Sequence record: NC_047740.1
Length of the DNA: 43,017 nt
Reading direction: 5' to 3' (one strand)
Source: Enterobacteria phage phiJLA23
In this document: piece by piece, positions 18,260 to 26,537 of the stretch
Layout of the letters: every line of letters begins with the position of its first letter
Numbering within the stretch: position 1 is the stretch's first letter
The notes under the pieces: model-generated
Databases searched by the model: none
Told to the model about the DNA's origin: nothing
The model's input: the letters and a program-made list of their open reading frames with translations, nothing else
Position numbers and translations under genes: made by a program

Positions 18260-19493
18260 TAATTACAACCTCCGTTTGAATTGAGCCTTCGCCAATCTTA
18301 ACCTCAGTTGAAATTGCGCGCAACGTATCTCTTGCTTCGTCTGCGTCAATGATTCCAGCTGCAATCAATGCGGCAACTGAATTGACGTTCTTCTCAAGAA
18401 TCTCAGATTTATCCTTGTCGCTAATCTGCGATAGAGGGTTAAATTCTACTGACCATTCCTGCTCACTTACAATGAATGAAATCAGGAACTCAAGAAGGGG
18501 CAGTAATTCAGCCTTGCGCTTGCGGTCAACGTAACCATAGAAAGTTTCCAGAGCCGTATTTTGGCTGGCTGATACACCGCCAGTATTCTTGGCTTTGAGA
18601 ATAATTTCATGGATGCCGCTCAGGGCAACGATTCGATCGAACTTCTGACTCAGAAATGTATCAATACCGCCAATATCTGAGTTGAGAACGTTGTACTCTT
18701 CACTCTCCGCGTCAATCCCGATAGCCTGACCAACGCCACTGTTATTATCTACCTGAGCCAGACGTAAACGAGCCGCGCCAAATCCATCCGAATCATCGCA
18801 CAAGTCAGCAAGGCCTTTAGCTTTCCATACAGCCTGCTGCTTACGACGCAGTAACTGAGTAGCCAGTCTCTCGCAGTTCTGATAGTCGTCAATCGCGTCG
18901 ATTAAGTCACTAGTTAGCACGCTTGCGCCCCAACCATCGTTATTACGACGTAAATTGTTAGGCACTCGCTCGCCATCAATGATATGGCAACGTGTGTAGT
19001 GTACATCATAGAACGTAGCTGAACCATTTGGCGTGATGCGGTAAGTTAATGGCTTACCAAATCGAGCGTTTCGTGGATTCTCCTCGCGAGTCTGCACTTT
19101 TACTTGCTGCCGGTCGTATACGCGAACGGTTTCGAGCTCCGCACCTTCACGAGCTGGGCTAGTTAGCGCCCTACCATCCTTAACTATTGCTACTACAGCT
19201 GCGCCACCGTATAACCTTGCCCACGCCAGGGCGTCAATTACGCTATCTGAAAGGTCTAAATCATCCCATCGAGACCAGAAAGCACCTTCATCGCTGATGC
19301 CTTCGATGTTAAAGCCAGCACCAAGTGCAACCTCCGGCACGATATCAATGATTCGGCGAACCAGTGCGCTGTTGACGTAAAGCTGCTCAAGCTGCGCTGG
19401 AGCTGTTAGGCCAAGGCCGCCAAGCTTTCCGTAAATCTCGCTACCATCACTCCCGTTGAGAAAGATGTTTGCGTAGCTGTCTGCTTTTACCAT
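18219..19493 (-). CDS. Portal protein
   Basis: 424 aa immediately after large terminase; RBS ggaga 6 nt before ATG 19493. Confidence 0.8.
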   Translation of the reverse strand: MVKADSYANIFLNGSDGSEIYGKLGGLGLTAPAQLEQLYVNSALVRRIIDIVPEVALGAGFNIEGISDEGAFWSRWDDLDLSDSVIDALAWARLYGGAAVVAIVKDGRALTSPAREGAELETVRVYDRQQVKVQTREENPRNARFGKPLTYRITPNGSATFYDVHYTRCHIIDGERVPNNLRRNNDGWGASVLTSDLIDAIDDYQNCERLATQLLRRKQQAVWKAKGLADLCDDSDGFGAARLRLAQVDNNSGVGQAIGIDAESEEYNVLNSDIGGIDTFLSQKFDRIVALSGIHEIILKAKNTGGVSASQNTALETFYGYVDRKRKAELLPLLEFLISFIVSEQEWSVEFNPLSQISDKDKSEILEKNVNSVAALIAAGIIDADEARDTLRAISTEVKIGEGSIQTEVVINESEDPLDVSANN

Positions 19494-19494
19494 G

Positions 19495-19700
19495 TAATTT
19501 CTCCAATAAAAACGCCCCTGGTAAGGGGCAGTTTATCATGATTACTTAACTCCAGCTAGCCTCATTAACCTAGNTCTTGGGTCGNNCNNNNNNNNNANNC
19601 CGTCTGNNTNNNCTTTNNANNTTTTNTANTCNATAAAAAAGCCCCTGAGTAAGGGGCAGTTTATCATGATTACTTAACTCCAGCTAGCCTCATTAACCTA
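19495..19700. repeat. Tandem duplicated segment (~19507-19575 and ~19631-19700) around an N-run: probable assembly artifact containing the terminase terminator
   Basis: Two near-identical copies of the large terminase 3' end plus terminator hairpin, separated by Ns 19575-19635. Confidence 0.7.
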
Positions 19701-21238
19701 GCTCTTGGGTCGTCACTCAAGTTCAATTCACAGTTTATTGCCATCGTTGTTGTATCTACAATGTCATCATGGGGGTGTGAATCGTCCGCAGTGAACGCCG
19801 AGAACTCAGTTAGCAGAGATGTAAGCCATGGCGCTGAGTCTGGCAGAACTACGTTACCAGCCTTAATCTGTGGTAATGCGCTCATCACCCTGGTTAACTT
19901 ATCTGTATCGGGAACGAAAGGCTCAATAGGAGTCCGCATCGTTCGACCTGCTGACTGGATAAGCCCTATGCCAGATGCTTTCTTCTCGATAATAACCTTA
20001 CGTAAGATACCATCTGTTTTACTAGCTGCTCGGTGCTTACTCTCAAAGTTCAGAAGAGTTTGCTCAAGCTCTGGAGCCTCCCATTTACCCCTAACCATAT
20101 CCAGAAGATAAATCTTGTTATCCTTTCTACCCCAAAGCTGGAACACAGAATAATCGCTGTAACTCTTCGTAGTCATGGCAGTATCAGCTGTAATGAAGCG
20201 GTAGTCATACTTGACTGGCGGCCTGTTGTTCTCGTCAAGCCTCACGAACCAATCTACGTTAATCAGGTTTCCACCTAAGGCTACTGGAGATTGTTGGTAC
20301 TGGCTTAGGAACGTGTACGGATCTGAGTCCCACATTGCCATCAAGTCATGCGCAGATTCCTTCTGCGGGAAGTAGCTGTAATACTTAACACCATCTCGCT
20401 CGACGTACTCGGATGAAAGCACGTCCTTCTCGAACTGCTCACGAATCCAGTCAGGAAGTTCATTCACATATTCTTCAGTGACCAGCGCCGGTATCTTCAA
20501 TACATCAAAGTCGATACCCATACCACCAGAAGTCATGAACCACGTCGAATCCTGCGTATGAAGCCTTTGCTGGATGGACAAAATCGGCGTAGCTTTACCT
20601 TTAACGCTACTCGCCCTACGTGAGCGAATGGTATTTTTAAGTAAAACGTGGACAGCTTCTCGCCTTACCTTGCTGAGCATATCGTCTGGCTTGTCTGGGT
20701 CATCAAGCATCAAGCAACCGCTATAGGTTTCAGTAATATAACCGCCACGAGCGCCGGTAATCTGACCGCCAATTGCCTTAGATATCGCTTCGAACCTAAC
20801 CTTTCCACTCTCGTCAAGAACCTGAATCTCGTCATCCTTGCACGTGCCGAACTTACAGGGCCATAGTTCCTGAAACTCAGCTGACTTTATAAGGTCGCGA
20901 ACACGCTTAGAGTTGCGCTTCACCAGACTGTCAGAGAATGAGAGGCTCAGATTTCGCACCTTCTTTAGCTTAAGCATTGAGTATACAGGGAAGTGTATTG
21001 AAGTAATCTCGGTCTTCCCGGCCCCGGGAGCCACGTTAATGATGGTATCCCTACGCTCGCCACTAATAACCTCGTCAATTATTCGGCAAAGGTACTTGTG
21101 ATGCCAGTTAGGGATGTATCGCTCTCCCTGGCTTAGCTGAAACCACACGCGAAGGAATGCCTCGAAGCTGTGAGTGGACAGCACTTTAACTGCCAGCTTT
21201 TCGGCTGGCGTCATTTCTTCCCAAACCAATGTCTTCAT
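19670..21238 (-). CDS. Terminase large subunit
   Basis: 522 aa; Walker A NVAPGAGKT near N-terminus; start overlaps small terminase stop (ATGA). Confidence 0.9.
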   Translation of the reverse strand: MKTLVWEEMTPAEKLAVKVLSTHSFEAFLRVWFQLSQGERYIPNWHHKYLCRIIDEVISGERRDTIINVAPGAGKTEITSIHFPVYSMLKLKKVRNLSLSFSDSLVKRNSKRVRDLIKSAEFQELWPCKFGTCKDDEIQVLDESGKVRFEAISKAIGGQITGARGGYITETYSGCLMLDDPDKPDDMLSKVRREAVHVLLKNTIRSRRASSVKGKATPILSIQQRLHTQDSTWFMTSGGMGIDFDVLKIPALVTEEYVNELPDWIREQFEKDVLSSEYVERDGVKYYSYFPQKESAHDLMAMWDSDPYTFLSQYQQSPVALGGNLINVDWFVRLDENNRPPVKYDYRFITADTAMTTKSYSDYSVFQLWGRKDNKIYLLDMVRGKWEAPELEQTLLNFESKHRAASKTDGILRKVIIEKKASGIGLIQSAGRTMRTPIEPFVPDTDKLTRVMSALPQIKAGNVVLPDSAPWLTSLLTEFSAFTADDSHPHDDIVDTTTMAINCELNLSDDPRARLMRLAGVK

Positions 21239-21750
21239 AGTTTATCCATTACAGAAGCCAGAGCAGACTTCATTGCTTCCTCGTCGTTTACTACAGCATT
21301 AGAAGCGTTGTTGATGTTAACCTCTTGCGGCTTATCGATGCCAAGGTCTTTGCTAATAAGTCCAGGGTTGACGATGTTGTTAACACCCAACTGGTACTTC
21401 TGTTCAAAGATAACTGAGTCGACGAACTCCATAACTTCATCGAATCCTGGTGATGAGCGCCATTTGCTAATAGCATTATGACCAACGCCGCAGAAAAGCT
21501 GGAATCCAGTTATCGTAAATACCCTCGGCTTGTGAACAAGGTTTTCCGTTACGACACCCTGAAAGCTTGCTGTCTCGATAGCTTTAATTGCCTGCTCTTC
21601 AGCCCAGCTGAAATACCTTACAGCCATGTCGAATACCTGCTCGGGAGTGTATCTGTGGTTAATCTTAAGATTGGCAATGTCGCCATACTTCTTATTGTAA
21701 AGCTCCTTGAAGTTACCAATCTTCTGGTGAATTTTTTTCTCTTCTGACAT
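21235..21750 (-). CDS. Terminase small subunit (putative)
   Basis: 171 aa immediately upstream of and coupled to large terminase; strong RBS aggagg. Confidence 0.6.
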   Translation of the reverse strand: MSEEKKIHQKIGNFKELYNKKYGDIANLKINHRYTPEQVFDMAVRYFSWAEEQAIKAIETASFQGVVTENLVHKPRVFTITGFQLFCGVGHNAISKWRSSPGFDEVMEFVDSVIFEQKYQLGVNNIVNPGLISKDLGIDKPQEVNINNASNAVVNDEEAMKSALASVMDKL

Positions 21751-21776
21751 TTGATATTCCTCCTGTTTTAAAAGTC

Positions 21777-21821
21777 ATTGTACCATGACTATGGACGAAA
21801 AAAAGCCCTCACAAGGAGGGC
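21777..21821 (-). promoter_or_regulatory. Terminator hairpin (21805-21821, T7) followed by TACAAT -10-like box (21777-21782) upstream of small terminase
   Basis: gccctccttgtgagggc ttttttt, about 15 nt, TACAAT, about 12 nt, aggagg, ATG. Confidence 0.5.
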
Positions 21822-21849
21822 AAAGTACTGCATTGCGAGATGACCAATC

Positions 21850-22035
21850 TCAAACGAGGGATACTTTATCAACGCTGACTTTGTGGACTGTCAGGTCAAT
21901 CTTAAATGCTGCCTTTGCGGCTGCAACTGCTTCTTCAGGGCTTTTAGCAATGAACCTACCTTCGTAGGATTGCTGGCAAGATTTGCATTGCCGACCCATT
22001 AGGCGGGAAGTTAAACGGACTTCGTAGTTATTCAC
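21850..22035 (-). CDS. Hypothetical protein (61 aa, CxxC)
   Basis: ORF between tRNA and terminase terminator; weak RBS. Confidence 0.4.
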   Translation of the reverse strand: MNNYEVRLTSRLMGRQCKSCQQSYEGRFIAKSPEEAVAAAKAAFKIDLTVHKVSVDKVSLV

Positions 22036-22051
22036 TAGGATGCTCCATGTT

Positions 22052-22127
22052 TGGTGTTCCGCACTGGACTCGAACCAGTAACTGAGACTTAGGAGGTCTC
22101 TGCGTTATCCTGTTACGCCAGCAGAAC
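22052..22127 (-). tRNA. tRNA-Arg (anticodon CCU), CCA encoded
   Basis: Manual cloverleaf: acceptor GTTCTGC/GCGGAAC (one G-U), U8, D-stem GCGT/ACGC with A14 G18 G19, anticodon stem GAGAC/GTCTC, loop CTCCTAA, T-arm ACTGG-TTCGAGT-CCAGT, discriminator A, CCA. Confidence 0.7.
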
Positions 22128-22402
22128 TAGAATGAGTCCCGCTTACCGAATGCGGGGAGGTTTCACAATCCTCGGAATGTCAAGCCCGACTTACTGCATT
22201 TATTGGTTCGCTTCAAGGAGTANNTGCGGTTTTATTTGCCTCGTATCTTTATCCAGCCCGGCTATCGGCTTGCATCTCCGCGATGCGCGTTACGGTCATT
22301 GCCGTCTACGTGGTTAATACTAACCACTTTTAACATTTTCGTCAAGCCATGACGACGAAATAAATCCACGTCAACATGCCAGCCAGGAACCAGATTGATA
22401 GC

Positions 22403-22597
22403 TCAGTCATAAAATACCTCAAAGTAACCAAACTCAATGTCAATGCCATCTTTAACCATCTCTATACACCCATCTTCTGACTCACATTTAACCCAACCAT
22501 ATGCGGGTGATGACAAAATGCTGTAAGATTTACCAGTTTTGAACTTCTTATCATTGTAAGACACAATACATCTGACTTTCCCTAGTGATTTAGTCAT
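22403..22597 (-). CDS. Hypothetical protein
   Basis: RBS gggag 7 nt before ATG 22597; overlaps upstream gene end by 8 nt. Confidence 0.5.
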   Translation of the reverse strand: MTKSLGKVRCIVSYNDKKFKTGKSYSILSSPAYGWVKCESEDGCIEMVKDGIDIEFGYFEVFYD

Positions 22598-22829
22598 AAA
22601 TCTGCTCCCCATCTTCACGCTTACCTACGCGACCAGCAAGATAGCCTGCAACCCAAACAAACTTCATCTTCTCGATGATTGTACTGACTGGGCTATGAAA
22701 CTCACAGATAATCGCCTTCATGATGTCATTATCCTGCTTCTGCTTGCTTGTCAGCTTATCCACCGCCTCGTTAAGTTTCTTAGCTTGGGCGCGAACTGCA
22801 TTAAATTGTGGTTGAGTAAGTCCGAACAT
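22590..22829 (-). CDS. Hypothetical protein (79 aa)
   Basis: ORF in early small-gene cluster. Confidence 0.5.
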   Translation of the reverse strand: MFGLTQPQFNAVRAQAKKLNEAVDKLTSKQKQDNDIMKAIICEFHSPVSTIIEKMKFVWVAGYLAGRVGKREDGEQIYD

Positions 22830-22831
22830 GA

Positions 22832-22966
22832 TTAAGCCTTCTTGTAAGATTGAATATCGCCACCCAGGACTGCCTGCTGTGCCTTTGCCGCTTCATAGCT
22901 GTCATACACTCGTTTGTGCATTACGCTATTGAACTTGCCAGTGTAGTACGTGTGAATCCATATCAT
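22832..22966 (-). CDS. Hypothetical small protein (44 aa)
   Basis: ATG 22966 and stop 22832 fill the gap between flanking genes with tight coupling; below ORF-track size cut-off. Confidence 0.3.
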   Translation of the reverse strand: MIWIHTYYTGKFNSVMHKRVYDSYEAAKAQQAVLGGDIQSYKKA

Positions 22967-22969
22967 GGG

Positions 22970-23263
22970 TTATTCTCCAGCGATGTAAAATTCAGCGTCG
23001 AGATAAAATGCAGGCTGAAACAATTCTCTCTCATCGTCATATTCATCATATCCAGTATATACGTAACCATTCCTAACCTGTTCCGCTTGAAGCTCACCAT
23101 CACATACCCACAAGCAAACGAAGCTACCAATTTTAATTGCCTCATCAATAGATATGCGCCTCATTGTTTGTTTCTTACTCCACATATGAATTGCTCGCTT
23201 GCCGTCTCCACCCTCAGAATCGTTGGCTGCCAATAAGTTGCCAGTGAATACGTTAATTTTCAT
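22970..23263 (-). CDS. Hypothetical acidic protein (97 aa)
   Basis: RBS ggaga; start overlaps upstream small ORF stop (ATGA). Confidence 0.5.
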   Translation of the reverse strand: MKINVFTGNLLAANDSEGGDGKRAIHMWSKKQTMRRISIDEAIKIGSFVCLWVCDGELQAEQVRNGYVYTGYDEYDDERELFQPAFYLDAEFYIAGE

Positions 23264-23265
23264 TT

Positions 23266-23388
23266 CTTCTCCTCACGTTCGCGCCACATGTTCATCAACT
23301 CAAAGTACGCCATTACTTCATCCCCATCTTTAGCCTCATCCATCATTTTTTTACACCATTCACTTGGCAACTCATCATATCCACACAT
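23266..23388 (-). CDS. Hypothetical small protein (40 aa)
   Basis: First ORF after composite promoter 23396-23466; RBS gaggaaag. Confidence 0.4.
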
Positions 23389-23395
23389 TTAATCT

Positions 23396-23466
23396 TTCCT
23401 CGTCTAATTTCGATAAAGTAATGGTAACGCATCCTTGCGATGGATGTTTAGCAATTTGTGCTATTT
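23396..23466 (-). promoter_or_regulatory. Composite early promoter (palindrome 23449-23463, hairpin, -10-like box, leader ATCGAAATTAGAC)
   Basis: Same ordered module as 268-332. Confidence 0.45.
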
Positions 23467-23700
23467 ACTGAAATAAATATCACGNTNCTCACCACGCTNC
23501 TTTCGAAGTTCATAAGCCTTATTAAGCGACTCAATAGCTTCATCAAGGTCTGTTAANANGTCCTTGTGCCCACGCANNCCNCNNANGCGNGNNAACNCAN
23601 CNCGCTCAACAATAAGTACCATACCCTCATCAGCAAGGCATTCGGTGTCGAATCCGTGATTTTCGTGAAAGTAAACTGCCTCATCAACTTCAATTATGCN
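23467..23700 (-). CDS. Probable gene obscured by N-run (hypothetical protein)
   Basis: Long open frame on minus strand through 23485-23700; stop codon lies inside the palindrome copy; start unresolved. Confidence 0.25.
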
Positions 23701-23841
23701 GTTTTAAAAAAATTCAAGCTCATATCTCAATCCTCGTTATTGTGCCGCCATGCGTCTTCTGCATTAACATGGCGTATCTCTCGTCTACGTAATGCAGGAG
23801 CATATCGATACCCCTGCTGCTGAATTTGTGTTCGTAGATTG

Positions 23842-24075
23842 TCACTTGTATTGGCTAGCCAGTTGGCAGCCTGATAGTGCCGTGCAAATCTGCTCGTACT
23901 CAAGCCAGGCCAAGTCCTCTTCCCACGGCAGTATATCTTCAAACTCCTGATTTCGAATCTGATTTACAACCTCTGTAAGCGATTCTGACGCGCTAAACAT
24001 CTTGCGGCTAAGGCAATGCATTAGTATAGCCCTAATCTCGGCAGCATGCTCTTCTGAAAGGTTAATGGTAATCAT
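23842..24075 (-). CDS. Hypothetical acidic protein (77 aa)
   Basis: ORF with helical acidic composition in early cluster. Confidence 0.5.
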   Translation of the reverse strand: MITINLSEEHAAEIRAILMHCLSRKMFSASESLTEVVNQIRNQEFEDILPWEEDLAWLEYEQICTALSGCQLASQYK

Positions 24076-24125
24076 GTTAGCTTCCTATCGTTTAGTTGTC
24101 ATTTGCTTCAATTATGATACTGAAT

Positions 24126-24356
24126 TTACTCGCTTCTACGCCGACCAGTGTAACCCTTACCATTCTCAATCCCCTCAGCCGCCTGAATAAGCGCCGCCGC
24201 CAGTTTGCGCGCTTGGTAGGCAGTATAGTGAGCAAGCGCACATCCGTCGCCATGGTTACCGAAGTTGATATCAATACTCACGATGCCTTCGTAATGTACT
24301 GAGGTTGACACCTCTGTGCGAGCGCCTGCGAAACCTTCAATAATTACAGCTTTCAT
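24126..24356 (-). CDS. Hypothetical protein (76 aa)
   Basis: Preceded by composite promoter 24370-24432 and RBS gagga. Confidence 0.5.
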   Translation of the reverse strand: MKAVIIEGFAGARTEVSTSVHYEGIVSIDINFGNHGDGCALAHYTAYQARKLAAALIQAAEGIENGKGYTGRRRSE

Positions 24357-24369
24357 GGTTATTTCCTCT

Positions 24370-24432
24370 TTGTTGTTGATAGGGTAATCATAGCTGACTA
24401 CCCAATTTATTGTTTAGCAATTTGTGCTATAT
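24370..24432 (-). promoter_or_regulatory. Composite early promoter (palindrome 24415-24429, TATGATTAC, leader TATCAACAACAAA)
   Basis: Palindrome also encodes the last residues and stop of the upstream gene. Confidence 0.45.
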
Positions 24433-24974
24433 TCACCATTCGGGAGAGCTTTCGCTTTCCGGTAGAACTGTATGGCCTTCTCCACCTCATCGGCATTATA
24501 GCCATGGATTGTTGTTTGCGGTGGCACGTAGTTTGAGCGTGGCACGTCGGATCGGCACTGACTGCACCAGTTTTGCACGTCGTCCTTATCCATCTCAACC
24601 AGGGCCGGATGAACATAAATCTTATCGCCAATGAGGCAAACAATTCCCGCCTCTTGTAGTTCTGGGATGATGTTATTTGTCAGGTCATGCATAATCCCTT
24701 CGCGCCCGACGAATGGCTGGACATTTCGTATTGCCTCGTATAGAGATCGAATGCCAACCACTCCATTCCAGCCATGGCGGCTAATCCTGCTAACTACGAC
24801 ACCGTATTTGTAGCTCAACTTGACGCACAGCATCTCTTCGGCGCTGGGCCAGAAATTGAATGATTGGCGGTATCCATTAGTACTGATTGCCACACGAAGT
24901 GGCGGCAGGTTATCTTGCCTGGCGACTTCCATCACCTGGTCATCAGTTAACTTATCCTCGTTGAAATCAAACAT
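24414..24974 (-). CDS. Hypothetical protein; truncated paralog of the P-loop ATPase 26758-28341 (shares its N- and C-terminal segments, lacks the ATPase core)
   Basis: N-terminus MFDFNEDKLTDDQVMEVARQDNLPPLRVAISTNGYRQS and segment VVGIRSLYEA...CLIGDKIYVHP align with both ends of the 527-aa protein; strong RBS aaggag. Confidence 0.6.
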   Translation of the reverse strand: MFDFNEDKLTDDQVMEVARQDNLPPLRVAISTNGYRQSFNFWPSAEEMLCVKLSYKYGVVVSRISRHGWNGVVGIRSLYEAIRNVQPFVGREGIMHDLTNNIIPELQEAGIVCLIGDKIYVHPALVEMDKDDVQNWCSQCRSDVPRSNYVPPQTTIHGYNADEVEKAIQFYRKAKALPNGEYSTNC

Positions 24975-25237
24975 TATTTAGTCTCCTTAATCATTTCCTG
25001 ATATGCGTTAATCATAGCTACCGCACCCTTCAGTTCATCTCCACTCATTCCTGCTACGCTGGGGAAAGCTTAAGTAGCCTAGCTTTAAACTCGCTTACCG
25101 CTTTCTCCCTTATTGGACTGTTTGTCTTAGCTCGNGGTTNCNTNNNNACNACGCNGAANTNCATNCAGAAGANNATTTTCTGTGCTGCGATGGACTTGGC
25201 TGCGTCGAATGTTTACCATTTATTTGAGGATTGAGAT

Positions 25238-25477
25238 ATGAAAATTCGCTGCACCAATTGCATTACAAGTACCGACAAGAAAATACTAACACCATTCGTA
25301 AAAGGCTCTTTATACGACGCTGAGCGTCTAATCATTAACGGCAAGGCAATCCCGAACGAATGGGTTATTAATGGCGCTGAGCGACCACACAAGCACGATT
25401 CTGGATGGATTGCCATTACAGGCTGGAAGGTTGGAGTGTTTATTCCTGGTATTGCAACTTTTGATGAGGTTAAGTAA
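25238..25477 (+). CDS. Hypothetical protein (79 aa)
   Basis: RBS gagga 7 nt before ATG; first plus-strand gene after divergent intergenic region 24975-25237. Confidence 0.55.
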   Translation: MKIRCTNCITSTDKKILTPFVKGSLYDAERLIINGKAIPNEWVINGAERPHKHDSGWIAITGWKVGVFIPGIATFDEVK

Positions 25478-25630
25478 ATGCTAAAGCCATCTGACTTGAA
25501 CTATTACGATCTAGAAACCATAGCCAAGTACAGCGGTAAGGGTTGGCCTGTTGGTGACTACTTCAAAGAAGATTTGATTGAGAGCTTCAACATCGTCCAG
25601 AAGGCAATTGCAAAAGCAGCAAAGAAATAG
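25478..25630 (+). CDS. Hypothetical small protein (50 aa)
   Basis: ATG overlaps upstream stop (TAAATG); stop TAG lies in palindrome copy 25628-25642. Confidence 0.35.
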   Translation: MLKPSDLNYYDLETIAKYSGKGWPVGDYFKEDLIESFNIVQKAIAKAAKK

Positions 25631-25688
25631 CACGAATTGCTAAAGCCCTTCGGGGCTTTTATTGTATATTCATCTCATCGAAACGAAA
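25626..25688 (+). promoter_or_regulatory. Composite early promoter (palindrome 25628-25642, terminator hairpin gcccttcggggc + T-run, TATATT, leader CATCGAAACGAAA)
   Basis: Palindrome centre about 42 bp upstream of predicted start. Confidence 0.5.
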
Positions 25689-25702
25689 AAAACAAAAGGA
25701 AA

Positions 25703-26062
25703 ATGATTATGATTAACATGATCACTAAAAANGGCATCANCTCAGATAACAATCTGTTTAAAGCTCGCGTTAAAGATGGTATTGAGCAAATCAAGATTCA
25801 TGGTAAATGGCAAAATCTCACTGAGCGGGGGCGTTACATCAAGACTAAGACTCTTTATGTCACATTTGTTAACCATAAATCAGGAGTATCAAAGTCATTC
25901 AAGCAAGGTCGTCGCTATCAGGTAGAAATGACCGCATCTCTTGGACAGAACGCTGGTAAAATATTTGATGAAGATGGTGACTCATGGACGCTGATTCGCT
26001 CTGAAGATGTTGGATTTACAACTGTTTGCGGAACTTATAAATTCGAGAGCCAATACAAATGA
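25703..26062 (+). CDS. Hypothetical protein (119 aa)
   Basis: ATG 25703 after RBS aaagga (ORF track starts at a non-ATG codon, 25637, inside the palindrome). Confidence 0.55.
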   Translation: MIMINMITKXGIXSDNNLFKARVKDGIEQIKIHGKWQNLTERGRYIKTKTLYVTFVNHKSGVSKSFKQGRRYQVEMTASLGQNAGKIFDEDGDSWTLIRSEDVGFTTVCGTYKFESQYK

Positions 26063-26253
26063 ATGAGACAGTAAGAATTTACATAACAAAAGATTCAATT
26101 TATTGCAAGTCTATACAACACGGCACTAAGTACAGATACTGCAAAGATAGAGGCTATTTTTGCGTGGTTGATTTCATTACTAGAAAATGGTTGCTTGAAA
26201 CTTTCATAGATAAAATGCCTAGTAATAAGCTATCATCTGGCGAAAGGTTTTAA
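26059..26253 (+). CDS. Hypothetical Cys-containing protein (64 aa)
   Basis: ATGA overlap with upstream gene. Confidence 0.5.
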   Translation: MNETVRIYITKDSIYCKSIQHGTKYRYCKDRGYFCVVDFITRKWLLETFIDKMPSNKLSSGERF

Positions 26254-26255
26254 TT

Positions 26256-26312
26256 AATAGCACTTTTTGCTAATGACACTACCCGCTTCGGCGGGTATAT
26301 TTGTTTCCATCA
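26256..26312 (+). promoter_or_regulatory. Composite early promoter (palindrome 26258-26272, hairpin acccgcttcggcgggt, TATATT, leader CCATCAAGAAGACAAAC)
   Basis: Same module; starts 2 nt after upstream stop. Confidence 0.45.
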
Positions 26313-26338
26313 AGAAGACAAACACTAAGGTGAACAAA

Positions 26339-26455
26339 ATGAAAAACATCTCTAAAGCAGTTGATGCGGTAATGGAACAAGTAATTAAGTTTGGTTTCTT
26401 TGGCTTCATGGGCGCAATCGCTGTTGTAGTTGGCAAATGTCTGGTTGGTCTTTAA
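26339..26455 (+). CDS. Small hydrophobic membrane peptide (38 aa)
   Basis: RBS aaggtg before ATG 26339; C-terminal FGFFGFMGAIAVVVGKCLVGL. Confidence 0.4.
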   Translation: MKNISKAVDAVMEQVIKFGFFGFMGAIAVVVGKCLVGL

Positions 26456-26517
26456 TGGCACTTTTTGCTAAAGACCTTAACAACAAAAATTGATATATTC
26501 TCTTCATCGAAACGAAA
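26454..26517 (+). promoter_or_regulatory. Composite early promoter (variant palindrome TGGCA-N5-TGCTA 26456-26470, TATATT 26494-26499, leader CATCGAAACGAAA 26505-26517)
   Basis: Same module, left arm one mismatch. Confidence 0.45.
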
Positions 26518-26537
26518 TACATTAAAAGGGCTAAAAA

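Noticed and set aside
22132-22317. Plus-strand 61-aa ORF beside the tRNA, and a possible second tRNA in 22130-22330
   Set aside because: ORF contains Ns and has no RBS; the hairpins there (cccgcttaccgaatgcggg, gtggttaatactaaccac) do not form a cloverleaf with T-loop or acceptor features.
23727-23942. 71-aa Arg-rich ORF
   Set aside because: Overlaps the better-supported 77-aa gene (23842-24075) by 100 nt in another frame; composition atypical; an alternative 27-aa ORF has a better RBS.
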